Source: Mizuhopecten yessoensis
Taxonomy: Eukaryota
Direction of reading: 5' to 3'
NCBI RefSeq assembly: GCF_002113885.1
Contig: NW_018405300.1
Span: 320,883 to 384,882 of the forward strand
DNA length: 64,000 nucleotides
Shown: positions 1-13,600 of the stretch, one piece after another
How positions within the stretch are numbered: position 1 is the first letter of the stretch
How the letters are laid out: every line of letters begins with the position of its first letter
Made by a program: the position numbers and the translations under genes
The notes under the pieces: generated by a model
Seen by the model: the letters and a program-made list of their open reading frames with translations, nothing else
Told to the model about the DNA's origin: nothing
Databases searched by the model: none

Positions 1-1300
1 GGAACACATCGACACAATAACGGAACACATCGACACAATAATGGAACACGTCGACACAATAATGGAACACAGCGACATAATAATGGAACACAGTGACACA
101 ATAATGGAACACGTCGACACAATAATGGAACACCTCAACACAATAATGGAACACAGCGACACAATAACGGAACACGTCGACACAATAATGGATCACGTCG
201 ACACAATAATGGAACGCAGCGACACAACAATGGAACACAGCGACACAAAAATGGAACACATCGACACAATAATGGAACACGTCGACACAATAATGGATCA
301 CATCGACACAATAATGGAACGCAGCGACACAACAATGGAACACAGCGACACAATAATGGAACACATCGACACAATGATTGAACACGTCGACACTACAATG
401 GAACACGTCGACACAATAACGGAACACATCGACACAATAACGGAACACATCGACACAATAATGGAACACAGCGATACAATAACGGAACACCACAACACAA
501 TAATGGAACACGTCGACACAATAATGGAATACAGCGACATAAAAACGGAACACGTCGACACAATAATGGAACACATCGACACAATAATGGAACACATCGA
601 CACAATAATGGAACACATCGACACAATAATGGAACACAGCGACACAATAATGGAATACATCGACACAATAATGGAACACATCGACACAATGATGGAACAC
701 GTTGACAAAATAACGGAACACATCGATACTACAATGGAACACGTCGACACAATAACGGAACACATCGACACAATAATGGAACACATAGACACAATTATGG
801 AACACGTCGACACAATAATGGAACACAGCGACACAATAATGGAACACATCGACACAATGATGGAACACGTTGACAAAATAACGGAAAACGTCGATACAAT
901 AGTGGAACACATCGACAAAATAGTGGAACACATCGACAAAGGTAATGAAGAACAACGACACAATAATGGAACACATCGACACAATAATGGAACACATCGA
1001 CACAATAACGGAACACCTCAACACAATCATCGAACACATCGACACAATAATGGAACACATCGACACAATAACGGAACACATCGACACAATAATGGAACAC
1101 ATCGACACAATAATGGAACACGTCGACACAATAATCGTACACAGCGACGCAATAATGGAATACATCGACACAATAATGGAACACGTCGACACAATAACGG
1201 AAAACGTCGACACAATAATGGAACACATTGACAAAAAAAGTGGAACACATCGACAAAGGTAATGAAGAACAACGGTACAATAATGGAACACGTCGACACA
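1..1300. repeat. 21-bp minisatellite, consensus GGAACACATCGACACAATAAT (continues off the left edge)
   Basis: About 60 tandem 21-bp units are directly visible. The MEHIDTI / CRCVPLL ORFs are by-products of a stop-free unit whose length is a multiple of 3. Confidence 0.97.
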
Positions 1301-2732
1301 GAAATAGCACGATATTGGTACACAAATATTTTAGTCAAAGACATCACGGTTGCAGCATTGAAAGACATCAAAATGTCTACAATGTAAGATACCAATAAAT
1401 GTAATTAAGTATATCAATATCAACAATAAGAAGACGCCACTATAACTGTAATAAAGGGCGCCGAAAGCTGCAGTGTTATACAGTAACAGCTAAAATGGAA
1501 CCCACCTAAAAGCTACAAGAAAACATACCCATGCGACAACAAATCATACCTTAACTGCAACTAGACATGCCAATAATACAATATCCCACCGAGATACACC
1601 AAAAAGCCTCAGTAACTAATTGACTACCTATCAAATTTATTGCATCCATCCATCGATACTGGCTGGTTTTCTATTATTATTATTTGACTTACTCCGCTCG
1701 GGTCACTATTTCGACATTCCACTCACTTTCGTACGTTAGACAATTTCAGAGAAATAATCAAAAGATCAAATCAAGATAAAATAAACAGGCTTCGTTTTGT
1801 TTTCTCTTGTAAGATTGCCTGTTAATTATCAATTAGCTTTTTTTTATATATAAAATATACGTGCTTGCGTGATGGCAATACCATAGCAGAAACCTTATCT
1901 GATGACGAAGTGCGCACGTGTTCAGTAAAGTTGAACAGTCCCGGGGCAATGCTCGTCCAATATTTACATGAAGATCATCACTGCTATATCAAGTTTCAAT
2001 CTTACGCATCAAAGGGAGAATTAAAACTGAGGTACTTTACATCCGTACTGTACCGATGCCAGTAATAGTGTTAGTCTGCGTTTTGGAAGCTTCTTATAAG
2101 CGATATTGGGCAATGGTATTGTAAACAAATATACACGACTGATACGAATGTCATTAAAGAAACCTAGAACACGTTTTTATTTACAAAGTGGACTATGACG
2201 GTGTAGACTATCATATCAACTGTATGTTCAGCATCTATTTCCGTACGTGACCGATTCGTATATTGACTTTTACATTAGTTTGACTACTTTTTGCTGAAAT
2301 ATAATGCAATTCCGATATTGAGGAGGAGTATGATAGCCACGGTTATATTGGTATCTGAGGTTGGATGGCTACCTTTTTCTGCGGGAGGAAAAATTGATTT
2401 TGTTTCAAAAGGGAAGATATCCACTCCCTACTGAAAACCACTGTTGTACAGAACTCCACTCTCCACTGTACACATAAGATGGAAGTTTTGCCAATAAGAT
2501 CGGAATATAGCACCTAAACTATACAAGTTCTCCTTTCCCCATATTAGAACGGGTACATCAAATCCGCTATAAAGGAACTGCAGACGGCGGAAGAAAACCG
2601 TAAAGGTCGTTTCTCTAGATAAACCACTATTAGGTTGCAATAAATATATGTTTAATCTTGTTCCTAATTCAACAAAGGAAAATAGTCCATGGCTTTCAAG
2701 AATTCTCGATTTAAATTATACCTATTTACAAC

Positions 2733-3745
2733 GTGAGGAGTTACCAGTCCCGTCGTTAGGGGTTGCCAGTCCCGTTGTGAAGTCACACCAGTCCCGTCGT
2801 GAAGATTTACCAGTTCCATCGTGAAGAGTTACCAGTTCCGTCACGAGGAGCTACCGGTCCCGTCTTGAGGATTTACCAGTTCCGTCGTGAGGAGTTACCA
2901 GACCCGTTGTATAGTCACACCAGTCCCGTCGTGAGTAAACTACCAGTTCCGTCGTGAAGAGTTACCAGTTCCGTCACGAGAGGTTACCAGTCCCGTCGTG
3001 AGTAGTTACCAGTCCCGTCGTGAGTGGTTACCAGTCCCGTCGTGAGGAGTTACTTGTTCCATCGTGAGGTGTTACCAGTCCTGTCGTGAGGAGTTACTAG
3101 TTCCGTCGTGTGGAGTTACCAGTCCCGTCGTAAGGAGTTACCAGTTCCGTCGTGAGGGGTTACCAGTCCCATCGTGAATAGTAACCAGTTCCGTCGTGAG
3201 GAGTAACCGGTCCCAATGTGAAGTCACGCAAGCCACGTCAAGAGGAGTTACCAGACCCGTTGTGAAGTCACACCGGTCCCGTCGTGAAGAGTTACCAGTT
3301 CCGTCGTGAGGAGTTACCAGTTCCGTCGTGAAGAGTTACCAGTTCCGTCACGAGGAGTTACCAGTCCCGTCGTGAAGATTAACTAGTTCCGTCGTGAGGA
3401 GTAACCGGTCCCAATATGAAGTCACGCAAGTCACGTCGAGAGGAGTTACCAGTTCCTCATAGGGAGTTACCAGACCCGTGATGAAGTCACACCGGTCCCG
3501 TCGTGAAGAGTTACTAGTTCCGCCGTGAAGTGTCACCAGTCCCGTCGTGAGGGGTTACCAGTCCCGATGTGAGATGCTACCAGTCCCGTCGTGAGATGCT
3601 ACCGGTCCCGTCGTGAGGGTTTACCAGTCCCGTAGTGAGGGGTTACCAGTTTCGTCGTAAGGGTTACCAGTCCCGTCGTGAGGGGTTACCAGTCCCGTCG
3701 TGAAGGGTTACCAGTCCCGTAGTGAGATGCTACCAGTCCCGTCGT
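2733..3745. repeat. 21-bp minisatellite, consensus GTGAGGAGTTACCAGTCCCGTC-like
   Basis: Tandem units of about 21-22 bp with core TTACCAGTCCCGTCGTGAG, visible throughout. Confidence 0.95.
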
Positions 3746-4402
3746 TCAACTTCAAGCGTCGAAGTAAGTCTGATCTCTAGGAAGGGTATAGATTACTTTT
3801 ACCATTTGTGAAATCATATATTATCGATCCCTCATTTGTTAAATAAAGACAAAGTAAAATCAGTTGGAGAGGTCCCAAAAACCTTAAAACATTACAGCGC
3901 TATGTCAAGCAAGCTGATAACCAGTCCAATTCCCCCTTGTTCATTCTCCATGCGATCCTAAGTAAATATTTACACGATCAAATAAAACCAGAATATTCTG
4001 AAATGTAAACATTGACTAAGAATGTCGTTTGATATTGATATGTCCATCAGATTTGGTAAAATATGCCTGTTGATGATTCAAAGTCCATCTTTTTTCACCT
4101 TTATTAAAAACATCTTTGAATAACATGTCTGGATCAATGGTTGCCATACAACTGGTGTTAAAAGCTTTCAGATACTCCCTGATAAGGCGTGTTAAAAACA
4201 TAAACAGATATATTTGTAGATATACTCTCTCCCTGTTTGAATCAAATGCGCCGTAGAATTGATTTATGATTCAAGAATTCAATCAAATAATACTTGTTAT
4301 AAAAGCTTAATTGATCATATTTTTCCAAATAATTATAAGGAGCAATTGTGCAGCATTAACTACTGTGAACAAAATATATTGATACACATTGAAATACCGA
4401 TA

Positions 4403-4960
4403 TACAAAGGGGATCATGAAAAGTTCCGGAACTCCCATTGACGGAGTTAAGTAAAGGTGTTTTCTTTCAGGCATTGTTATATGTAATAATGGATTATATA
4501 AGCATGAATCCGACAGCCCGTCTCATTTTGTCAACATGCTTCCTGGTGTTAACACTTCAATGGTTTGATTTCTTTTTTTTGCAAAAATGGACCCACTCTG
4601 TGATAGAGCTAAGAACGAATACATGTAGGAATGGGGTCAATGATCAGGCTATCCATGGTGATATGAATGGTGATATGCTACTGAGAATTGAAGTATGACA
4701 GGGAGCTCCTTGAAGACGATCCCCGTCCAGGAACAACTTCAGAAATAGTTGCGAGAATGAAAGAGGACATATAGCCAACACTTTCGAAATGTCCCAGGAA
4801 AGAGTCCATTGTCACAGATCTAGCAATAAAAAGGTTTTCAGTCCATTGGGTTCTGAACTGATGACACAGTTAGAAACCCACCAAGTATAACATCTCTCCT
4901 GAGAATGTTAACCTTTTTGAGGCTGATCATGAGATAATGATTGTGACTATGAATAGGATA
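4403..4960 (+). mobile_element. Degenerate mariner (Tc1/mariner) DNA transposon, 5' part
   Basis: Begins TA-CAAAGGGGATCATGAAAAGTTCCGGAAC (mariner-type TIR). Broken frames encode ELLEDDPRPG (~4705, compare DxPRSGRP), HWVL (~4845, compare WVPxxL) and IVTMN (~4940, compare IVTGDE) in the expected order. Confidence 0.6.
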
Positions 4961-5006
4961 AGGAATGTTAAGTCAAAAATAAAAACTGCTATGTTTCTTG
5001 ATGTAT

Positions 5007-5640
5007 AACAAAACGCCCAATGGACCTGCATCACTCATCTGGTATTACTCTCACACAACAAAACTTGATAGCTCTTTATCTGAAGCATGCTACTGGCAAA
5101 ATAACACCAGTCAACGCTTATTCAGAGGAACCATTTGACCTCTGTAATACTGGCCATCAACATGCACCTTCTGGTTAACAGAAGAAGTTGTTTGAATGTT
5201 TTTTTAAGAAAATTGATCCCTGTGACCTTGAATATGAGTCCAGGTCATTTGAACAAACTTGGAAGCCCTTTATCCCAGCATGTTACTGGCCAAATATCAA
5301 CATCCTAGGCCTTCTGGTTTTCAGAAGAAGTTGTTATAAGATTTTAACATATGTGACCCCAGTGACCTTGAAAATGGGTGAAGGTCATTATTTGAACAAA
5401 CTTGGTAGCCCTTCATACCAGCATGCTACTCGCCAAATATCAACCCCTTAGGCCTCTTGGTTTTTCAAAAGAAGTTGTTTAAAGTTTAAAAACATACATA
5501 TTTGACCCCTGTGACCTTGAAAATCGGCAAAGGTCATTCATTTTAACAAACTTGGTGGCCCTTCATCCCAGCATGTAACTGGCCAAATATCAACACACTA
5601 CGCCTCTTGGTTATTCTTAAGAAATTGCTTCATCAGATAT
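5007..5640 (+). mobile_element. Non-autonomous Helentron-like/satellite-bearing element with internal tandem units of about 140-150 bp
   Basis: About 3.5 copies of TGACCTTG...GGTCATT...AACAAACTTGG...CCAGCATG...GGCCAAATATCAAC...GAAGAAGTTG, headed by AACAAAACGCCCAATGGACC...CTCATCTG. This architecture is typical of bivalve Helentron-associated repeats. Confidence 0.6.
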
Positions 5641-7631
5641 CTGATCAAAATTACCATTAAATAACAATGTCTATATTAATTTAATGCCTTTTAATTATCT
5701 ACACGAAAACAATTGAACTTTAATAATAACTTTATTTCAACAACCTTGTCATCATGATTTCCTTTATAAAAATTCTAGTTTTTTTTATATAACGCAACAC
5801 ATAGTAGAATTACCAGCAAAAAGATCATGTACATTATCATTTGTCACTTCTTTCTTTTTAAATCCTAAATGACAATCACAAATTTTATACAAAATTACTT
5901 GTTACATGTAAAGTACATCCTCGCCAGGTCCTGTGACAGTGGGTATGACTACATGTTACTAGATTACTACCACCCAGGACTGCTATCAAAAAACTGCACA
6001 TTATAGAAAATTAACAGTAGGACAGTATGGTAATAATGATACATTCAATTCCTGTGGAACCTCGCCTGTTCAAACATCAAATTCGGACTCACATTCAAAA
6101 ACAGACATGGTTGGATGTAAGTATTTTGGTCCTGGACTGCAATAGCTTGATGACAAATGAAGTTAAAATTTGAATATGTGTTATTTTCATTACTATTCAA
6201 ACTGAAATCCACACTTGCTTGTCTTGGGATTTAAAATCACACCTACATTCTCACATATGCCATTTATTAATTATTTTTACTTGAACTGGCTAATTTGAAG
6301 AAGCCTATTATTAAGTTGATGAATGACAGTGGGTATGACTACATGTTACTACTGAGACTGTAGACTGAGATGGTATTTTTTCTGATTATAAAACTCCAAC
6401 TTAATGTTTAATTGTTAAGTCTGAATAGCTTTATACAACCTAACGTATCAGGTTAAATACAGTGTATACAGTGAGAATACCGTAATGTTTCCCCATATTG
6501 TGCAATACGATCTAGTTATAGAGGTAGAGGACACTGATACACTGTGATATCAGTACAACTAACCTGGACGTATAAAGGGGCGTGTTTCTGCATTAGATCA
6601 ACATCAGCAGGTCGACATAAGGTCACAATACCAAAATTTCACAATACACTTGTGTTTTAAAGTGAAATTTTAGAACATGCAATTTCAACCTTCAATAAGT
6701 CTGTAAAATGACCACAAAATATGATTAACAATTATATAACAACATTGTTCATTTATATGTAATATCAATGCTTACTCTTATATGAACTTTTCAAGCTTGT
6801 ATAGAGCTTCTGATTCCCTGATAAATCGTATTTAAAAAAAACATGGTCATAAACGTTTCTGGCATATTGCCTCTCCTTCTTTATAAAAAAAAATTAGCAA
6901 CACAGAAATGGTTAAGTAAAAACAAAGTGAGCCAGGGCTTGTATATAATACACCAAAAGGGGTAAGGTGTGTCCTTTAACCTTGACTGATGCCCCCTTAA
7001 TCTTATCAAGATGTTCCCATACTGTGGTGTAAATATATAACTGAATCTGTCAAATTCAAATATATTTAATTAATGTAACAGATGAAACTCTTTGAAAGTG
7101 GTTCTACTGGGAGTTTAACTCTGGACTAGTTTACTAGTGAGCTAGATATGTGAAAGGGCCAGGCTCCTTAAGATTCATAGGACAAGATAATAGTCCCAGA
7201 CTTAATTCTGATGTAGTGGTGATTCCTATTATAAACATTGTGTTTCTAATTTAACACTGCAAAAAAATCATTTGAACTCATTAAAATCAAACAAGTTCTG
7301 TTTTCTGCGGAGGAGGGTGTAATGCAAGAGACAATCCTCTCAGTGGGTACTATGCTTCCTGACATAGAGTACAATATATAACTACTATTCTAAATAAATG
7401 TTGAGGTGGTCTAAGCAGAAGGCAGGTTTGTCTTGATTGGTCAGTACAAAATTAATCTATAAAACCTTCTTCGGAATTATATCCCTAATTGTTCAGCTGT
7501 TCTGTAACAGCAAACATGCATAAAAACATCCCTTTTTTCTATTTAATACATTCTTAAATATTGGTAAAGAAATCAAGATGCCCCTTTAAAAATAAATATT
7601 TGCCAGTATTGATTGCACATGAAATTAGATT

Positions 7632-10600
7632 TCATCCCGGGGTCTGCTTGATTTCTTTGATGAACTCCTTCAGGGACTTGACAACGTCTTGTACCTCAGG
7701 TATCGAGTCTAAATGGCCATAATTTAGAAGTACTTCTGCATTCCCAGAATTCTTTATAAACACGTAGGATCTGAAATACATAAAATGGTATATCGTGAAT
7801 AATTCATATTCATGAAAGGATAAATCATGAGTCCATTTTTTCATATCACTTTTTTTCATATCACAATTCAATTGAATAAATCATTGTAAATTGTCTACAT
7901 TTCTAATGATTTTGAATTCCCTATAATACGAGTACTAAGCATGATGCTTAGTTTAAGTATATCTGTCACAAACATTTGTCTTATACAATTTCTTTTCCAC
8001 AGAATGTGGTAAACATGAACACTCTTGCCTAACGTATAGTAAAGTTTAACCCACTTGTTTAACATGGACAATTTTTGACTCATGTAAACAAACAATAACT
8101 CACTTCTATCATGTAAACAAACGATAACTCACTTCTATCATGTAAACAAACAATAATAAATAATCATTAACGCACATGTTTATATAACATACAGTAAATG
8201 TTAACTCGCATGTATATATAACGTACAGTAAATATTAACTCGCATGTATATATAACGTACAGTAAATATTAACTCGCATGTATATATAACATACAGTAAA
8301 TATTAACTCTCATGTTTATATAACATACAGTAAATATTAACTCACATGTTTACATAACATACAGTAAATATTAACTCACATGTTTATATAACGTACAGTA
8401 AATATAAACTCACATGTAAAATGTACAGTAAATATTAACTCACATGTATAATGTACAGTAAATATTAACCCACATGTATAATGTACAGTAAATATTAACT
8501 CACATGTATAAAAGTACAATAAATATTAACTCACATGTATAATGTACAGTCAATATTAACTCACATGTATAATGTACAGTAAATATTAACTCGCATGTAT
8601 ATATAACATACAGTAAATATTAACTCACATGTATAATGTACAGTAAATATTAACTCACATGTATAATGTACAGTAAATATCAACTCACATGTATAATGTA
8701 CAGTCAATATTAACTCGCATTAATATTATATATTAAATGTACAGTAAATATTAACTCACATGTATGTATAGTGTACCCTAAATATTAACTCACATGTATA
8801 ATGTACAGTAAATATTAACTCACATGTATAATAAAAGTACAGTAAATATTAACTCCCATGTATAATGTACACTCACATGTATAATGTACAGTAAATATTA
8901 ACTCACATGTATATATAACATACAGTAAATATTAACTCGCATGTATAATGTACAGTAGATATTAACTCACATGTATAATGTACAGTAAATATTAACTCGC
9001 ATGTATAATGTCCAGTATATATTAACTCGCATGAATAATGTACAGTAAATATTAACTCGCATGTATAATGTCCAGTAAATATTAACTCGCATGTATAATG
9101 TACAGTAAATATTAACTCACATGTATAAAAGTACAGTAAATATTAACTCACATGTATAATGTACAGTAAATATCAACTCGCATGTATAATGTCCAGTATA
9201 TATTAACTCGCATGAATAATGTACAGTAAATATTAACTCGCATGTATAATGTTCAGTAAATATTAACTCGCATGTATAATGTACAGTAAATATTAACTCG
9301 CATGTATAATGTCCAGTAAATATTAACTAACATGAATAATGTACAGTAAATATTAACTCGCATGTATAATGTTCAGTAAATATTAACTCGCATGTATAAT
9401 GTACAGTAGATATTAACTCACATGTATAATGTACAGTAAATATCAACTCGCATGTATAATGTCCAGTATATATTAACTCAAACGAATAATGTACAGTAAA
9501 TATTAACTTGCATGTATGTATAGTGTACACTAAATATTAACTCACATGTATAATGTACAGTAAATATCTGTCTTATGAGACATAATAGCTGTTCAATCAT
9601 TATTAATTTCTATAATTGTCATTTACTTACTTGTATAATGCATAGTAATCTGCTTCAGCCTGAATAAGAAGTCTCTTTAGAGTATTTATACTTTGGATGT
9701 ACTGAAAAATATTTAAAACATAAACACATTTGTAGCACAAGGAAGGATAACTCCAATGCATGTATGGGCCTGATCTTGCAACATTGCAATCTTGTCATTT
9801 ACAACAGATAATAAATCAACAAAGTTGAAAAAAGAACAGAGAAACGTTTGACCAAAATACATATGACAAAACCATAGGGAAATCAAACCTTTTTGATAAT
9901 AAATAAAAAAAACAGTTGACTACAGCTTGTAGATTATCCATCAGTGACAGGACGAAGATCAATAGAGAGGAAACAAATGTGTACCTAACTGTGTTTTTCA
10001 AGAACTATTCTGAAATAGAGAGGACATCTAACAGTGTCTTCAGTAAAACCAAATATATTTCACGAGTGTGGCTAATATTTTGATATCTTTCAAGAGTGCA
10101 CACCAAATATTTTTGGTATTACTGGAGACACAGTTAGATGTCCTCTATTTATTACATTTTTACCAGTGAAATATTGAAAGGATATTTAACAGTTTCCAAA
10201 TGAATACCATAATAATGGTTATACCCTTTCCACATACCTTTATCTTAAATGCCTCCAAAACATGTCTGATTTGACTCGCTCTATTTAGGTCAGTTTTGTT
10301 TAAAACTTTACCCCAATCCTCACAGAAGATTGTGCAATCTACAAAAACAAATGCATGTATGTTCAAGGGAAACAACATTTAAATAATAGATGCGCTAATG
10401 TAACATTATCTCTCAACATTAAAAGTATATAGTATAGTAGATTATTTTCATCTCTATGAGAAACAAAACATGACATTTGGTATTTTTAGATCACTAGGTA
10501 ATAAAAATAATCAACACATACATGTGTTATAGAGCAATACATAAAGGCAGTCTGAGACCATATCCTTTTTCCCATCATTTCCTCACTTTCATTTTATATA

Positions 10601-13600
10601 TTTCACTAAAATACACAAACATACTCTGAATACATGTATTCTATTTTTTCAAATAAAATGAAAAGCGTTTTTACCCGAGTAGAGAATGATGTAGACAATC
10701 CAATATGTTTATATTTCGCTGTTCCTTTGAAAGTGACCAAATGTGATGTGTTTGTACACCCAATGACAGAAGATATGTACACCAGTAACATGGGAGTAGA
10801 TTCTGGATCATTGCTGAGAATGTCTGTAGTATAAGGACATATGTACGAGTGTGGGGACAGGTTTAAAGTGCAGATATCCTGTACTCCCATAGTTATCAGC
10901 CTTTTGAACATATATGTACTAAATGACATGAAGCTTCTGGTTGAACAATTCACCCTGATATGCGTGAGAGCGGAGACGAGTGACTATACAAATGTCCCTC
11001 CCTTGTTGTTAGTCTTTGAGACATGAATGTATTATGTGATACATACCATCTGGTGAACAATTCACCATGTTCTGTGTGAGAGTGGAGACGAGTGACTATA
11101 CAAATGTCCCTCCCTTGTTGTCAGCCTTTGAGACATGAATGTATTAGGTGATACATACCTTCTGGTTGAACAATTCACCATGTTCTGTGTGAGAGTAGAG
11201 AAGTGTGACTATACAAATGTCCCCCCCCCCTTGTTGCCAGCCTTTGAGAAATGAATGTATTATGTGATACATACCTTCTGGTTGAACAATTCACCATGTT
11301 CTGTGCGAGAGTGGAGAAGAGTGACTGTACAAATGTCCCTCCATTGTTGTCAGCCTTTGAGACATGAATGTATTATATGATACATACCTTCTGGTGAACA
11401 ATTCACCATGTTCTGTATGAGAGTGACTATACAAATGTCCCTCCCTCGTTGTCAGCCTTTGAGACATGAATGTATTATATGATACATACCTTCTGGTGAA
11501 CAATTCACCATGTTCTGTATGAGAGTGACTATACAAATGTCCCTCCCTTGTTGTCAGCCTTTGAGACATGAATGTATTATGTGATACATACCTTCTGGTG
11601 AACAATTCACCATGTTCTGTGCCAGTGTTAGGGTAATTGTTTGCTGGGGTGCAGCATTGTACTCTCCCAAATCAACCAGTAAGTCAAGACTTCCCGTTGA
11701 TGCTGGACTGGCCTCACGCTTCTCCTGGTCTGTTTGCTTTAAGATCTCTGACAGATTACATGCCTTCAGAAACCTTAAAAGAAAACACAGCATGGTAACG
11801 TATAACATACCAGTACTTATGTGATTGTATACCTTCATTTTCATTACTACCTTAAATCAAGTTTTAGCAAGAATGAAAGGAACTTTTCACAAAGTCAAAT
11901 CATTTTCATTTTTCTCTTTGTTATATGAAACAGGAGATACATGCAAGCAGTAAACTTTAATATGGCAAATTTAAAAAAGTATTAAAACTGTTATTGTTAA
12001 ATGATCTGTTTCAGCACCAACATTACAAAACATTATAAGGTAAAATTCAGTGACAATTACTGTAGATTAGGACATTTTGGATGCAGTTATACTAAAGTTT
12101 ATTTCCCAGATGTCATACAGACTTTTTTCACTGTTTAATTCCTAATGGAATTTCAAACTTTATATTGAAATGGATGGACAGATGTTTTTATGAAAATCAA
12201 AATATTTTAATATACAGAAACATGTATTAAAATATTAAAAGGCACATTTCATGAAAACTGTTTTGTGAGGCTGACAAGCGCTGAACCTTGATGTATATCA
12301 GTGAGGAAATTTATTTCAAATAGATGAGATTAATGTAAAAGTGATCTTTCTACTTCAAAACAATCCTACATTGTTCTGTTGTATGTGTAACAATGGGTTG
12401 AATACTATTTACCTTGTCATTAGACTCAGAAGTGTAAGACTGTTTGACATAAATTCAACAACTCCTTACCTGGTCCAACGAAACAAAAAACTACATATAA
12501 ATGCAAATCTGGAGCTATGTGTACAGTCACAGATATCAGGAACAGCCCAACAACATGCTGCCAATTATAGTAAAATTTTACCTATCGAACAAATTAAAAT
12601 ACAAGGTTTTAGCAAATCGACTAAATTTTAGCAGCAGCATGTTAAACCATCGTAGTTAACATTACCAGTATCTGTTAAGTACAGAACCTATCAGACAGTA
12701 CCTCTGTAAGTCGTCCTTCTGCTGGTCTGTCATGCCTTCAAACTGAAACCTGGCATCCACTAATGCCTGGAAATCAAAATTCAGATCAAATTAACTTCAT
12801 TTGTGGTTATCATAATATTGCCCAAATTAGATAAAACGTTAGCCCATGAGAATTAGGTATACAAATCATACAAAATTCCATACCTGTGAACAAAAATAAA
12901 TATAATCAAGGCTTTGCAATGGTCAGGAATAATGTTTTACACCTAAATTATCTAGATATGAGCAAATGTCAACAGTTATTTGCACCTTAACCAGTTAGAT
13001 ATATTTCTTATTAGAAAAGTATTCATAATATAGAAAGAGAAATTCATATAGCAACAGGTAAATGTGCTTGGACCAAGATTTTTTTTGTATAAATTTCATA
13101 TTGCTGATATCCATATTTCTAGTGCATGTATTGATGTCCAATACAAAATTAAAATATAGTGGGACCAAACGAAGACTTTTAAGGAAGAACAGAAATTATC
13201 AGATGTGGTATTAACAAAGTTAATAGTGCAGCAGCAATGTCATGTTATGATGTAATTTAATGGACTCTTACCCCATACAGAATGTATTTGGCACTTTGCT
13301 TGAGTATTTTCATACATCGACAGGTGTAATCCATGGTCACCTCACACCAATTCTCCAGGTAAGTTCGCACCGAAGTGTCAATGTTTGTAAGCTACAGAAA
13401 AAAAGTTCTACATTTTAAGAAAGAAAAAAAGAGTTAAATGGAGGTTGGAAAAAACAAATTATTGCTCAGCTGTGCATGTGTTTAACAACTGACCATGGAA
13501 GTATTTGCTTTTCCAATGAACTACCAGCCAATACAATTAATGCCATGGCACATACATATTCATCAACAATGATTCAGAAAACAAACTGGATTCCATTAAT

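Noticed and set aside
41-1395. 396-aa and overlapping repeat ORFs as protein-coding genes
   Set aside because: They lie entirely within a 21-bp minisatellite, are open in several frames on both strands, switch frame mid-array, and have no splice or domain support.
1895-1940. Hammerhead ribozyme at CTGATGA
   Set aside because: No stem II followed by GAAA and no cleavage triplet or stem I.
2050-4330. Highly decayed L1-like coding remnants on the minus strand (for example EQGGIGLV, IWGKEN)
   Set aside because: Only isolated short motifs among many stops; cannot be supported without a profile search.
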